64,000 bases of DNA from an uncultured Alphaproteobacteria bacterium. GTDB taxonomy: Bacteria; Pseudomonadota; Alphaproteobacteria; Rhizobiales; Xanthobacteraceae. Numbering within the stretch: the stretch's first letter is position 1; every line of letters begins with the position of its first letter. Below the pieces are notes generated by a model, which was not told the DNA's origin, ran no database searches, and saw only the letters and a list, made by a program, of their open reading frames with translations. The DNA lies in NCBI GenBank assembly GCA_963819935.1, contig CAWFYF010000011.1, positions 90,404-154,403 on the forward strand, given 5' to 3'. Below, piece by piece: positions 9,939 to 20,021 of this stretch. The translations under genes and the position numbers were made by a program.

Positions 9939-10691
9939 GTGATGGCCGAGATCGCGCTTACCATCGATGGGCTCGGGGTCGACTTCGGCGGGTTCAAGGC
10001 CGTCAACGGTGTGTCGTTGACCATCGAGGAGGGCGAGTTGCGCGTGCTGCTCGGGGCCAACGGCGCCGGCAAGACCACGCTGATGGACCTCATCTCCGGC
10101 AAGACCAAATGTACCGAGGGGCGGGTGTTCCTGAACGACACCGACATCACCAACTGGGAAGAGCACAAGATCGCGCGCGCCGGCGTCGGGCGGAAATTCC
10201 AGATTCCGAGCGTGTTCAAGGATCTGACCGTTCGCCGCAATCTCGAGGTCGCCAGTTGCCGAAATCCGGCCGTGCTGGCGAACCTGCGCTTCGGTTTTGA
10301 CAGGGAGGCCGAGCAGGACGTCGACCGGGTGCTCGAGCTGATCGGCCTGACCGAGGACGCCAACCGGCTCGCCGCCTATCTCAGCCACGGTCAAACCCAG
10401 TGGCTCGAACTCGGACTTCTGATCACCCAGAATCCGAAGGTGATCCTGCTCGATGAGCCGACCGCGGGCATGACCCAGGCGGAAACCCACAAGACGTCGG
10501 AGATCGTCAACAGCCTCAAGGGCAAGCACACCCTGATCGTTGTCGAGCACGACATGGCATTTGTGCGTGAAATCGCCGAACGCATCACGGTGCTTCACCT
10601 CGGGTCGGTTCTCGCGGAGGGCAACGTCGAGCAGATCGAGACCGATCCCAGGGTGCGCGAAGCCTATCTCGGATCGCGGGGGATCGGCTGA
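9939..10691 (+). CDS. urtD: urea/amide ABC transporter ATP-binding protein (UrtD-like)
   Basis: 250 aa. Walker A GANGAGKTT, Walker B ILLDEPTAGM, LSHGQTQWLELG signature variant. Confidence 0.9.
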   Translation: MMAEIALTIDGLGVDFGGFKAVNGVSLTIEEGELRVLLGANGAGKTTLMDLISGKTKCTEGRVFLNDTDITNWEEHKIARAGVGRKFQIPSVFKDLTVRRNLEVASCRNPAVLANLRFGFDREAEQDVDRVLELIGLTEDANRLAAYLSHGQTQWLELGLLITQNPKVILLDEPTAGMTQAETHKTSEIVNSLKGKHTLIVVEHDMAFVREIAERITVLHLGSVLAEGNVEQIETDPRVREAYLGSRGIG

Positions 10692-11386
10692 TGCTCAAGC
10701 TGACCAACGTCGACAGCTATTACGACCGCAGCCACATTCTGCATGCGGTGTGCCTGGATATCCCGATCGGGAAAACCACGGCCGTCCTCGGCCGCAACGG
10801 CACCGGAAAGACCACGCTGCTGAAAACGCTGATGGGGCTGACCGACCGGATGGAAGGGCAGATCAACCTCAACGGAACCGAAATCGGCAAGGAGCCGACC
10901 TTCCGCCGCGCCCGCGCCGGGATCGCCTACGTTCCCCAGGGCCGCGAGATCATTCCGGACTTCAGTATCCGGGAAAATATCCTGATGGGCGCGTTCGCGC
11001 GCAGCGACGGCAAGCGGCAGATACCGGAACTGGTGCCGGAGCTGTTTCCCTATCTGATGGACAATCTCGAACGCCCCGGCGGTGTTCTTTCCGGCGGCCA
11101 GCAGCAGCAGCTGGCGATCGCGCGCGCGCTTGCCGCCGATCCCCGGATCATCCTGCTCGACGAGCCGAACGAGGGCATCCAGCCGTCGATCGTCGAGGAA
11201 ATCGAAGCCATCATCATCAGGCTCAACCGGGAGGTCGGCCTGACGGTCGTGCTGGTCGAGCAGAACGTCATGTTTGCGCGCCAGGCGTCGCATTGCTTCG
11301 CCATGATGGAGAAGGGGCGGATCGTAGTGGCCGGCGCGATATCCGAACTCAGCGACGAAATGGTCCACCGGCACATGGCGGTGTGA
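10691..11386 (+). CDS. urtE: urea/amide ABC transporter ATP-binding protein (UrtE-like)
   Basis: 231 aa. Walker A GRNGTGKTT, LSGGQQQQLAIARAL, ILLDEPNEGI. The start overlaps the urtD stop. Confidence 0.9.
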   Translation: MLKLTNVDSYYDRSHILHAVCLDIPIGKTTAVLGRNGTGKTTLLKTLMGLTDRMEGQINLNGTEIGKEPTFRRARAGIAYVPQGREIIPDFSIRENILMGAFARSDGKRQIPELVPELFPYLMDNLERPGGVLSGGQQQQLAIARALAADPRIILLDEPNEGIQPSIVEEIEAIIIRLNREVGLTVVLVEQNVMFARQASHCFAMMEKGRIVVAGAISELSDEMVHRHMAV

Positions 11387-11467
11387 TGCGGATCGTCGCG
11401 GGGGACCACCACCTGAAGAGCCACGTGAAAGAAAAGTTCTAGCAGTCAACCAAGCAAGGAGCCCAAC

Positions 11468-12505
11468 ATGCTGCACGGCGATATCTCATCGAGCAATGAC
11501 ACGGTCGGCGTCGCCGTCGTGAATTACAAGATGCCCCGGCTTCACACCAAGGCCGAGGTGCTGGCCAACGCCAAAAAGATCGCCGACATGATCGTCGGCA
11601 TGAAGACCGGCCTGCCGGGAATGGATCTGGTGATCTTCCCGGAATATTCGACCCACGGCATCATGTACGACTCCAAGGAGATGTACGAGACGGCTTCGGT
11701 CGTGCCCGGCGAGGAGACGGAGATTTTCGCGGAAGCCTGCCGCAAGGCGAAGGTCTGGGGCGTTTTCTCGCTCACCGGCGAACGTCACGAGGAGCATCCG
11801 AAGAAGGCGCCCTACAACACGCTGATCCTGATGAACGACAAGGGCGAGGTGGTGCAGAAGTATCGCAAGATCATGCCATGGGTGCCGATCGAAGGCTGGT
11901 ATCCGGGCAACTGCACCTACGTCTCCGATGGGCCGAAGGGCCTCAAGGTCTCGCTGATCATCTGCGATGACGGCAATTATCCGGAAATCTGGCGCGACTG
12001 CGCCATGAAGGGCGCCGAGCTGATCGTGCGCTGCCAAGGCTACATGTACCCGGCCAAGGATCAGCAGGTCATCATGGCGAAGGCGATGGCGTGGGCGAAC
12101 AACTGCTATGTGGCGGTTTCCAACGCCGCCGGGTTCGACGGTGTCTACTCCTATTTCGGCCATTCGGCGATCATCGGCTTCGATGGCCGCACGCTCGGCG
12201 AATGCGGCGAGGAGGAATACGGCATTCAATACGCTCAGCTGTCGAAGATGCTGATCCGCGACGCGCGCAAGAACGGCCAGTCGGAAAACCATCTCTTCAA
12301 GCTGGTGCACCGCGGCTATACCGGATTGATCAACTCCGGCGAAGGCGACCGCGGCCTCGCGGCGTGTCCTTACGAATTCTACAACAAATGGATCGCCGAT
12401 CCGGAAGGCACCCGCGAAATGGTGGAAGGGTTCACGCGGAAGGCCGTCGGAACCGAGGAGGCTCCGATCGAGGGCATTCCGAACAAGGTGGCGGCTCATC
12501 GCTAG
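11468..12505 (+). CDS. amiE: aliphatic amidase (nitrilase superfamily)
   Basis: 345 aa. [25 protein letters not shown]..., Glu in IFPEYSTHG, Lys in YRKIMPW, catalytic Cys in [13 protein letters not shown]. Length and motifs match AmiE-type acylamide amidohydrolases. Confidence 0.92.
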   Translation: MLHGDISSSNDTVGVAVVNYKMPRLHTKAEVLANAKKIADMIVGMKTGLPGMDLVIFPEYSTHGIMYDSKEMYETASVVPGEETEIFAEACRKAKVWGVFSLTGERHEEHPKKAPYNTLILMNDKGEVVQKYRKIMPWVPIEGWYPGNCTYVSDGPKGLKVSLIICDDGNYPEIWRDCAMKGAELIVRCQGYMYPAKDQQVIMAKAMAWANNCYVAVSNAAGFDGVYSYFGHSAIIGFDGRTLGECGEEEYGIQYAQLSKMLIRDARKNGQSENHLFKLVHRGYTGLINSGEGDRGLAACPYEFYNKWIADPEGTREMVEGFTRKAVGTEEAPIEGIPNKVAAHR

Positions 12506-12519
12506 GCTGCAAGTCGAGA

Positions 12520-12551
12520 CTCCGCGCCGGCCCAGTGTGGCCGGCGTGGAG
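12520..12551 (+). other. strong GC-rich hairpin between amiE and ureE (no U-tract)
   Basis: CTCCGCGCCGGCC-CAGTGT-GGCCGGCGTGGAG forms a 13-bp stem with one G:T pair, starting 15 nt after the amiE stop codon. It is followed by GCTTCAAAGG, so it is not a canonical intrinsic terminator. Confidence 0.5.
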
Positions 12552-12598
12552 GCTTCAAAGGTGCGACAGCACGTCTAACGCTGAAAGGGTCTGCAGCG

Positions 12599-13135
12599 AT
12601 GCTGCGCATCAATCATGTCGTGGGTAGCCGCCTGGAAAATGCGTTCTCGGAGGAAATCCATCGCCTCCAGCACCGCGGTGCGGTTGACGAGGTCAATATC
12701 CCGGTGGCCGATCTGGCCCGGCGCCGGCTGCTGGCGACGACGCGCGCGGGCGAGGAGCTGGCGATCGCGCTGCCGCGTCATCAAAAACTGTTCGACGGCG
12801 CGATCCTCCTGATCGACGGCGATCGAGCGATCGTTGTTCGTGCCGCGACCGAACGCTGGATGCGGCTGGAGCCGCGTTCGATCAGCGACGCAATCGAACT
12901 CGGTTACCACGCCGGAAATCTTCATTGGCGTGTTCGCTTCCAGGGCGAGGCCCTGTTTGTCGCACTGGAGGGCCGGCCCGAGGACTACACCGCGCGGCTG
13001 GAGGAGATGATTTCCGCGCGTCGCGTCGGCGTCAGCATTCTGGATGAAGAGGGCGACGGTGGGCCCGGCAAATCAGGCCCGCATGATGGCCACCCCGCCG
13101 CGCACGATCATTTCCATCACGATGGCCATCGCTGA
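12599..13135 (+). CDS. ureE: urease accessory metallochaperone UreE
   Basis: 178 aa. Conserved AIELGYHAGNLHWRV and a His-rich tail HDGHPAAHDHFHHDGHR. Confidence 0.85.
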   Translation: MLRINHVVGSRLENAFSEEIHRLQHRGAVDEVNIPVADLARRRLLATTRAGEELAIALPRHQKLFDGAILLIDGDRAIVVRAATERWMRLEPRSISDAIELGYHAGNLHWRVRFQGEALFVALEGRPEDYTARLEEMISARRVGVSILDEEGDGGPGKSGPHDGHPAAHDHFHHDGHR

Positions 13136-13806
13136 TGCTGTCGATCTTGCAGGCGATCTGGCAGGCGGATGGGACGTTTCCGAGCGGATCGTTTGCCTTT
13201 TCCTACGGGGTCGAGGGTATTGTCGCCCTGCGCACCCGGCTGGATGGCGCCGCGCTCGCCGAATTGACCGATGCGATCATTCGGCAGCGCTGGATGAATT
13301 TTGACCGTATCGCACTGGTGCGGGCGTTTCGTGCCGCCGGTGATCTCGACGCCATCGCGGAAATAGACCGCGACGTGGAGGCATCCACCTTCGGCGGCAC
13401 GATGCGCGAGGGCTCGCGGCGCAACGGCGGAGCCTTTCTGGCGTCGCATGCGCGGCTCGGCGACGATACCGCGTTGCAGCTGCGCAAGGCCGTCGGCTCA
13501 GGCGTCTGCCTCGGCCATATTGCCGTCATGCAGGGGGCGGTATGGCGCGGGATAGGTCTCGACGAGAGGCTCGCGCAGCTCGCTTCCGCCTACGGCGTCG
13601 CCTCCGGTGTTGCGGCTGCGGCGGTACGGCTCGGCGCGATCGGCACGCTGGAGAGCCAGAAGGTTCTGCGCGGATGCCTGCCGCTGATCGACGCGCTGGT
13701 GGCCCAGCCCGTTCCGGACAACGCTGAACTTTCGAGTTTCATTCCATTTCTCGAGATCGCCGCCGCGCGCCACGCACGCGCCGATCTTCGCCTGTTTGCG
13801 AACTGA
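13135..13806 (+). CDS. ureF: urease accessory protein UreF
   Basis: 223 aa. N-terminal LQAIWQADGTFPSGSFAFSYGVEG matches the UreF motif. The start overlaps the ureE stop. Confidence 0.8.
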   Translation: MLSILQAIWQADGTFPSGSFAFSYGVEGIVALRTRLDGAALAELTDAIIRQRWMNFDRIALVRAFRAAGDLDAIAEIDRDVEASTFGGTMREGSRRNGGAFLASHARLGDDTALQLRKAVGSGVCLGHIAVMQGAVWRGIGLDERLAQLASAYGVASGVAAAAVRLGAIGTLESQKVLRGCLPLIDALVAQPVPDNAELSSFIPFLEIAAARHARADLRLFAN

Positions 13807-13818
13807 AGGGGTCGACGA

Positions 13819-14514
13819 ATGCTGCTGACACCGACCGAGCTTGAACGCCTGACCATCTTCAGTGCGGCCGAACTGGCGCGGCGGCGGCGCGCCAAGGGGT
13901 TGAAGCTGAACTATCCCGAGGCGGTCGCGATCATCACTGATGAAATCCTGGAAGGTGCCCGGGAAGGGCGCTCGGTTGCCGATCTCATCGGCTATGGATC
14001 GACGATCCTTTCCACCGATGACGTCCTCTCAGGCATTGCCGCGATGATGAACATCATCCAGGTCGAATGCGTGTTTCCCGACGGCACCAAGCTGGTGACC
14101 GTCCACGAACCCATTCGTCCGGCACCCGGCGCGGCCGCCGATCCCGAACATCCCGGCGAGATCACCGCGGCCGACGGCAGCATCGACCTCAACGCCGGCC
14201 GCCGGTCGGTCACATTGAAGGCCCGCAATACCGGCGACCGGCCGATCCAGATCGGCTCGCACTTCCATTTCTTCGAGGTCAACAAGGCGATGGAGTTCGA
14301 TCGCGCTGCCGCGTTCGGCATGCGGCTCGATATTCCCGCAGGCACCGCGGTGCGGTTCGAACCCGGGGCCTGGAAAGAAGTCACGCTGGTGACCCTGGGC
14401 GGCCGCGGCGAATTGACTGGCCTGAACAACCTCACCAACGGATTGAGCTCGGACCCTGCGGTGCGCGACGCGGCACTCGAGCAGGCGAAGAAACGCGGCT
14501 TCAAGGGTACATAA
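13819..14514 (+). CDS. ureAB: urease structural subunit, fused gamma-beta (UreAB)
   Basis: 231 aa. Residues 1-100 are the gamma subunit ([37 protein letters not shown]...[18 protein letters not shown]). After a short linker comes the beta subunit ([43 protein letters not shown]...). Confidence 0.9.
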   Translation: MLLTPTELERLTIFSAAELARRRRAKGLKLNYPEAVAIITDEILEGAREGRSVADLIGYGSTILSTDDVLSGIAAMMNIIQVECVFPDGTKLVTVHEPIRPAPGAAADPEHPGEITAADGSIDLNAGRRSVTLKARNTGDRPIQIGSHFHFFEVNKAMEFDRAAAFGMRLDIPAGTAVRFEPGAWKEVTLVTLGGRGELTGLNNLTNGLSSDPAVRDAALEQAKKRGFKGT

Positions 14515-14515
14515 T

Positions 14516-16225
14516 ATGGCACGCATCGACCGCCGCGATTACGCCGCGCTATACGGTCCGACCACCGGCGACGCTGTCCGCCTGGGTGACACCGCACTGA
14601 CGGCGGTGGTGACAAAAGACCACGCGGTCTACGGCGACGAATGCCTGCACGGCGGCGGCAAGACCCTGCGTGACGGCATCGGCATGGCCGGCAGCACCAG
14701 CAAGGACGGGGCGCTGGATTTCCTGCTCTGCAACGTCGTCGTCATCGATCCCGTGCTCGGGATCGTCAAGGGCGACCTCGGCATCCGCCACGGCCGCATT
14801 GTCGGCTTCGGCAAGGCCGGCAATCCCGCCATCATGGACGGCGTCGATCCCCGCCTGATCGTTTCCACCGGTACCACGGTGCGCGACTGCGAGGGGCTGA
14901 TCGCAACGCCGGGCGCAATCGACGTCCACGTTCACTTCGACAGCGCTGGCCTCGTGGAGCACGCGCTGGCGAGCGGGATTACCACCATGATCGGCGGTTC
15001 GCTGGGCCCGATCACGGTCGGAATCGATTCCGGCGGTCCCTTCAACACCGGGAAAATGCTGCAGGCCGCCGAAGCCTGGCCGATGAATTTCGGTTTTCTG
15101 GGCCGTGGCAATTCCCACCGCGTCCCGCCGATGGTCGAGCAGCTTGAGACCGGCGTGATGGGGCTGAAGCTCCACGAGGACTGGGGATCGATGCCGGCAG
15201 CGATCGACACCTGCCTGCGCGTCGCCGATGAGTACGACTTCCAGGTGCAGATCCATACCGACACGCTGAACGAATCCGGTTTCGTCGAGGATACGCTGGA
15301 AGCGATCGGCGGCCGCACCATTCACATGTATCACACCGAGGGAGCCGGCGGCGGTCATGCGCCCGACATCATCCGCGTCGCCGGCGAGATGCACTGCCTG
15401 CCATCGTCGACCAATCCCACCAATCCCTACACGGTGAATACGTTCGACGAACATCTCGACATGACCATGGTGTGCCATCACCTCAATCCGGCGATACCGG
15501 AGGACGTGGCGTTCGCGGAAAGCCGCATTCGCCGGCAGACCATCGCGGCGGAGGATGTGCTGCATGACATCGGCGCCATTTCGATGCTCGGATCCGACAG
15601 TCAGGGCATGGGCCGTATCCACGAGGTGATCTGCCGCACCTGGCAGCTGGCGTCGAAGATGAAGGAGCAGCGCGGTGCGCTGCCGGAGGATCGTCCAGGC
15701 TTTGGCGACAACGCCCGAATCCTGCGCTATATCGCCAAATACACCATCAACGCGGCGCGGACATTCGGGATCTCCGATCACGTCGGCTCGCTCGAGGACG
15801 GCAAGCTGGCGGATATCGTGGTGTGGCGCCCGGCATTTTTCGGCATCAAGCCCGAACTCGTGATCAAGGGTGGCTTCATCGCGTGGGGCGCGATGGGCGA
15901 CAGCGCCGCGTCGCTGATGACCTGCGAGCCGATCCTGATGCGTCCGCAATGGGGTGCGTTCGGCAGGGCGCCGGCGGCGCTGTCGGCCTGCTTCGTGCAT
16001 CCGCTGGCGATCGCGCGCGGTCTGCCGGCCGAACTCGGTCTTTCCAAGACGATGCTTCCGGTTCGGGGGACACGCACGCTGTCGAAGCGCGACATGCTGT
16101 GGAACGACGCGTGCCCGAAAATTACGGTCGATCCGGAGACCTTCGATGTGTTTGTCGATGGCGTGCTCGCCGCCTGCGAGCCGGCGCGCGAGGTGCCGCT
16201 TGCCCGCCGCTATATGCTGAGGTGA
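14516..16225 (+). CDS. ureC: urease alpha (catalytic) subunit
   Basis: 569 aa with [40 protein letters not shown]. Confidence 0.95.
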   Translation: MARIDRRDYAALYGPTTGDAVRLGDTALTAVVTKDHAVYGDECLHGGGKTLRDGIGMAGSTSKDGALDFLLCNVVVIDPVLGIVKGDLGIRHGRIVGFGKAGNPAIMDGVDPRLIVSTGTTVRDCEGLIATPGAIDVHVHFDSAGLVEHALASGITTMIGGSLGPITVGIDSGGPFNTGKMLQAAEAWPMNFGFLGRGNSHRVPPMVEQLETGVMGLKLHEDWGSMPAAIDTCLRVADEYDFQVQIHTDTLNESGFVEDTLEAIGGRTIHMYHTEGAGGGHAPDIIRVAGEMHCLPSSTNPTNPYTVNTFDEHLDMTMVCHHLNPAIPEDVAFAESRIRRQTIAAEDVLHDIGAISMLGSDSQGMGRIHEVICRTWQLASKMKEQRGALPEDRPGFGDNARILRYIAKYTINAARTFGISDHVGSLEDGKLADIVVWRPAFFGIKPELVIKGGFIAWGAMGDSAASLMTCEPILMRPQWGAFGRAPAALSACFVHPLAIARGLPAELGLSKTMLPVRGTRTLSKRDMLWNDACPKITVDPETFDVFVDGVLAACEPAREVPLARRYMLR

Positions 16226-16228
16226 GAC

Positions 16229-16879
16229 ATGTTGCACGCTGACCGGGACATCACCGCTCCGCTGACCGCACCGCCGGCGGCCCGGGTCGGAATCGGCGGC
16301 CCGGTCGGGTCGGGCAAGACCGCGCTGATCGAGGCGCTGATCCCGGAACTGCAGCGCCGCGGCGTCGATTTCGCCGTTGTGACCAACGATCTCGTCACCA
16401 GGGAGGACGCCGAACGCCTGCGCCGCTCCGGGCTGATCGATCCGGCTCGCGTGTCCGCGGTGGAAGCTGGCGCCTGTCCGCACACCGTAATCCGCGAGGA
16501 TCCGACCCTGAATATCGCGGCGGGCGACGAGCTCGAGGCCCGGTTTCCCGGCGTCGAGCTGATCCTGTTCGAATCGGGCGGCGACAATCTCGCTTCCACC
16601 TTCTCGCTCGATCTCGTGGACTGGTGGATGTTCGTGATCGACGTCGCCGGCGGCGACGATATTCCGCGCAAGAAAGGGCCGGGGCTGTTGCGCTGCGATC
16701 TGCTCGTCGTCAACAAGGTCGATCTCGCGCCTTACGTCGGCGTGGAACTTGGACCGATGCTGGCCGAGGCCGAGCGCGTGCGCGCCGGTCGCCCGGTCAT
16801 CGCCACCAACGCGCGATCCGGCGCGGGAATTGCCGCGGTTGCCGATGCTATACTTGCCGCAGTCCTCTTCGAGGTTTGA
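16229..16879 (+). CDS. ureG: urease accessory GTPase UreG
   Basis: 216 aa. P-loop [22 protein letters not shown]. Confidence 0.92.
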   Translation: MLHADRDITAPLTAPPAARVGIGGPVGSGKTALIEALIPELQRRGVDFAVVTNDLVTREDAERLRRSGLIDPARVSAVEAGACPHTVIREDPTLNIAAGDELEARFPGVELILFESGGDNLASTFSLDLVDWWMFVIDVAGGDDIPRKKGPGLLRCDLLVVNKVDLAPYVGVELGPMLAEAERVRAGRPVIATNARSGAGIAAVADAILAAVLFEV

Positions 16880-17699
16880 AACGCCCCGCGATGCGGAAGT
16901 CCTGCTGGTCGCTGAACTGGCCGGCGGACGAACCATGCTGCGCCGCCAGCATGTCGGATATCCCTTCCATATCACCCGGCCGTTTCAACTCGACCGCAAC
17001 AAGCCGGAGCTTGCGACACTTTATCTCCAGTCGACCTCGGGCGGCCTCTACGCCGCCGACCGGCTGGCGCTCGATCTCGTGGTCGGCGTCGGCGCGGCTC
17101 TCAATCTGACCACGCAGGCCTCGACGGTCGTTCACGACGGGCGGGGGGATCGCTCAATGATGCGCCAGTCGTTGACCGTAGAGGGCGGAGCCTTTTGCGC
17201 GTTCATTTCCGATCCCTACGTGCTGTTTCCCGGCGCCAATCTTCATGTTGAAACAACCGTCACTGCCGCGACCGACGCAATTGTAATCCTGGCCGACGGC
17301 TTTGCGGCGCATGACCCACACCGTCGCGGCGGAACATTCGCGAAGTTTTCGACCGCTACAAGCATCGTGGGGCGGGACGGCAGGCTTGTGATGGCCGACC
17401 GCGGCAGCATCGGCGGCGACGAGCTCTCCGCAGGCTGCGGCGCGCTTGGCGGCATGGCCGCCGCCGGCTCGGTCATCATGATAGCGCCGCCCGACCGCTT
17501 GGCCGATATGGCCGAGATCGAGGCGGCTGCGGATGATTGCGGATGTCTTGCCGGCGTTACCACGGCGCCGAACGGCGCAGGCCTCGCGATGCGCTTGCTG
17601 GCGCCGGATGGGGGCGCGTTGACCCGCGGTATCGAGGCTGCGTTCCATGTTGCCGCGCGCGCGGCGCTCGGGGTCGAACTGGCGCCGCGCCGCAAATAG
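16845..17699 (+). CDS. ureD: urease accessory protein UreD/UreH
   Basis: ORF 16749-17699. ATG 16845 ([47 protein letters not shown]) keeps the conserved N-terminal beta-strands. It overlaps the ureG 3' end by 35 nt, so the exact start is uncertain. Confidence 0.75.
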   Translation: MLYLPQSSSRFETPRDAEVLLVAELAGGRTMLRRQHVGYPFHITRPFQLDRNKPELATLYLQSTSGGLYAADRLALDLVVGVGAALNLTTQASTVVHDGRGDRSMMRQSLTVEGGAFCAFISDPYVLFPGANLHVETTVTAATDAIVILADGFAAHDPHRRGGTFAKFSTATSIVGRDGRLVMADRGSIGGDELSAGCGALGGMAAAGSVIMIAPPDRLADMAEIEAAADDCGCLAGVTTAPNGAGLAMRLLAPDGGALTRGIEAAFHVAARAALGVELAPRRK

Positions 17700-17700
17700 A

Positions 17701-20021
17701 TTACCGGCGCGCCAGCCGGAAATAGAGCTCGGACAGCCGCGCCGGCAAATCCTCGACGCGCGGCACCAGCATGGTGTTGCCGCGGCCGAAGATACGCACC
17801 GCCGAATTCATCGCGCTCGATCCCAGCACCACGCCGAAGCCGTCGATGCCGCGCGCCCGCAATCCCACCGCGGCGCGGCGCGCGTCCTCGACCAGATCCA
17901 GTGGATCGGCAACGTCGATGTCGGACGGCTCGCCGTCGGTCAGGACGATGACGAGCTTTCTGAAGCTGCGGGCGTGACTGATCAGCTCGCCGGCGTGGCG
18001 AAGCGCGGTGCCGAGTCGCGTCGACAAGCCCGACGACAGCGCGGCCAGCCGCCCGACGCAGGCGCGGTCATAGGGTTCGTCGAAGCCTTGACCGTCGTCA
18101 TCTCGACGTCGTCGCGCCCGTTGGAGGCGAACGCCAGCATGCTGAAGGGGTCGCCGAGCGCGCTCATGGCTTCGGCCAGAACCGCGACTGCGAGGCGCTC
18201 GACATCGAGAATGGAGGCGCCGGACGCAAGCCGGTCGCGCGTCGATTCCGAAATATCCAGCAGCAGCAGGACCGCGAGATCGCGGTGCTTCGACGTGGTC
18301 GTGCGAAACACACGTGGATCGGGCTCCAGGCCTTGGCGCAGCGCGATCCCGGTGTCGATCACGGCGTCGAGGTCGAGATCGTGGCCGTCGAGCTGACGTT
18401 TTAGGCGGATCGTGCGTCCGACGCGGACGCTGCGCACCAGCCGCCGGATCCGGTTGCGCAGGACGTCGGCGCGGTCGAGCGCCTCTTCCACCAGGCGCGG
18501 GTTGCCGGGCCGCGCGGGAACCTCGCGCACCGTGGTCCATTCCGGCCGCTCGACGCCGTGCGCGCGATCCCATTCCGGATATTTCGCGACCAACACGCCG
18601 CGCTGATCCGACGCGACCGGCCGCGCGCGGCCGGTGCTGCCTTTATCCTCGAGCTGATCGTGGCTCCGATCCTGATCCGGCTTCTCCTGCTGCTCCAGGC
18701 GTACGGCATCGACCGCCAGCTCGAGCGGTTCGCCGGAGGAGGGGGCATCTTCGCCGAAATCCCACAGCCCGAGACCGTCATCGCGATAGAACGGCTCGAC
18801 GACATAGGTCTTGGGGTTGAACTGGACCCGCATCTGACCGAGATCGTTGCCCAATAACATGCCGATCTCACGGCTGATCGCCGGGTCTTGCAGGCGCGCC
18901 AGCCGCGCCTCGAACATCTCGCGCCCCTTGGCGACAAAACTGTCGTCGTCCTCGTAGGCGGGATCGAACAGCGCCCGGGCCAGCCGTGCCAGCAGGGTCG
19001 GGGCCGCGGCGACGCCGGCCGGCACCGCGACGTGATAAGGCGACCAGAGCTTGCGCAATCCCGGCAGCTGGCGCATCGCCAGCAACTCGATACGGGCATC
19101 TTCAATCAGGGTGACGAGCGCGACCTGCAGTGGCTTGAGGCTGCCGACGGGGAATTTCGGCCCGCCGAACACGAGATGCGCCTGGGCGTGCGCCGCCGCG
19201 GCTCTATATAAAGAGTATGCCGCCTCGCCCTGCACGCCCCGATAGATTTCCGGCAGCCGGATCAGCGGCCCGGCGATTCCGGCGCGGCGCTGCGGTGCCT
19301 GGCCGGTGTCACCGGCAAAACTGCGCAACAGAGGCGGGCGGCCCCACAACGCGGTCACGAACGCCTTGGTCTGGTGCTCGGTTTCGGCAAACCCGATGCC
19401 GGCGGTCGCGCGCGCCACCAGCCGCTGCGCGAGCTCATCCTGCAGCGTGAAGAATCTCAGCCGTTTGCGTCCGTCGCTCCCCGCCAGTTTCAGCCCGGCC
19501 GCCACGAAACTCTCGAATGCGTTGATATTGCCCGCCACGAGGATTTCGCCCATCCGCGAGGCCGCCGCCTCCACCGATTCCGGCGCCTGCAGCGCGAGTT
19601 CGTCCATGATGTGCCACCAGCGCGCGAGGCTTACCCCGGTGCCCAGAATTCGGCGCGTGACGGCGACGGCGACAAGCGTAGATGCCGCGGCCTGCGCGCC
19701 GGCGTTGCGGCAGATATTGGCCGCGGTGTGCGCGGCCACGATCAGCGAGGCGACGCCTTCCTCGGTCGGCTGGTTGCGGCTGCTCTCCCAGAACGCGACC
19801 AGGCAGGAAGGACCGGCGTTGACGTCGGCGAGTTCCAGCACGCCGGCCGCCCAGCCTTCGAGTTCGCCGGCATCGAAGCGAGCCGCGAGGTCGTCCCAGG
19901 CGGTGCGGAACAAAGGCCGCAACGCCTCGCGCTGTCGCATCAGCAAGTGGACGCGGCGGACCGCGCCCTCCGGCCCGGCCGGGATGACCCGCAACGACCC
20001 GCTTCGAAGCGCCGCACTCAC
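17701..20021 (-). pseudogene. NorD/CbbO-family VWA-domain protein, apparent -1 nt frameshift near 18084-18089
   Basis: ORF 17982-20021 (679 aa) carries the long N-region and the start of the VWA domain (MIDAS LLLDISESTRD) up to ...DDVEMTTVK. The frame of ORF 17701-18573 then continues GFDEPYDRACVGRLAALSSGLSTRLGTALRHAG...VIVLTDGEPSDIDV...LPARLSELYFRLARR. Total length is 2321 nt (3n+2). The context ACGGTCAAGGCTTCGAC is consistent with one G lost from AAG-GGC. Confidence 0.8.

Noticed and set aside
14549-16975. 808-aa ORF on the - strand
   Set aside because: It is antisense to ureC/ureG/ureD, with the same high-GC artefact signature and no domain motifs.
17701-18573. 290-aa ORF treated as a separate gene
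   Set aside because: Only its last ~128 aa (from GFDEPYD...) are protein-like, and they are the missing C-terminal half of the VWA domain of the NorD/CbbO-like gene. I merged it into one frameshifted gene.
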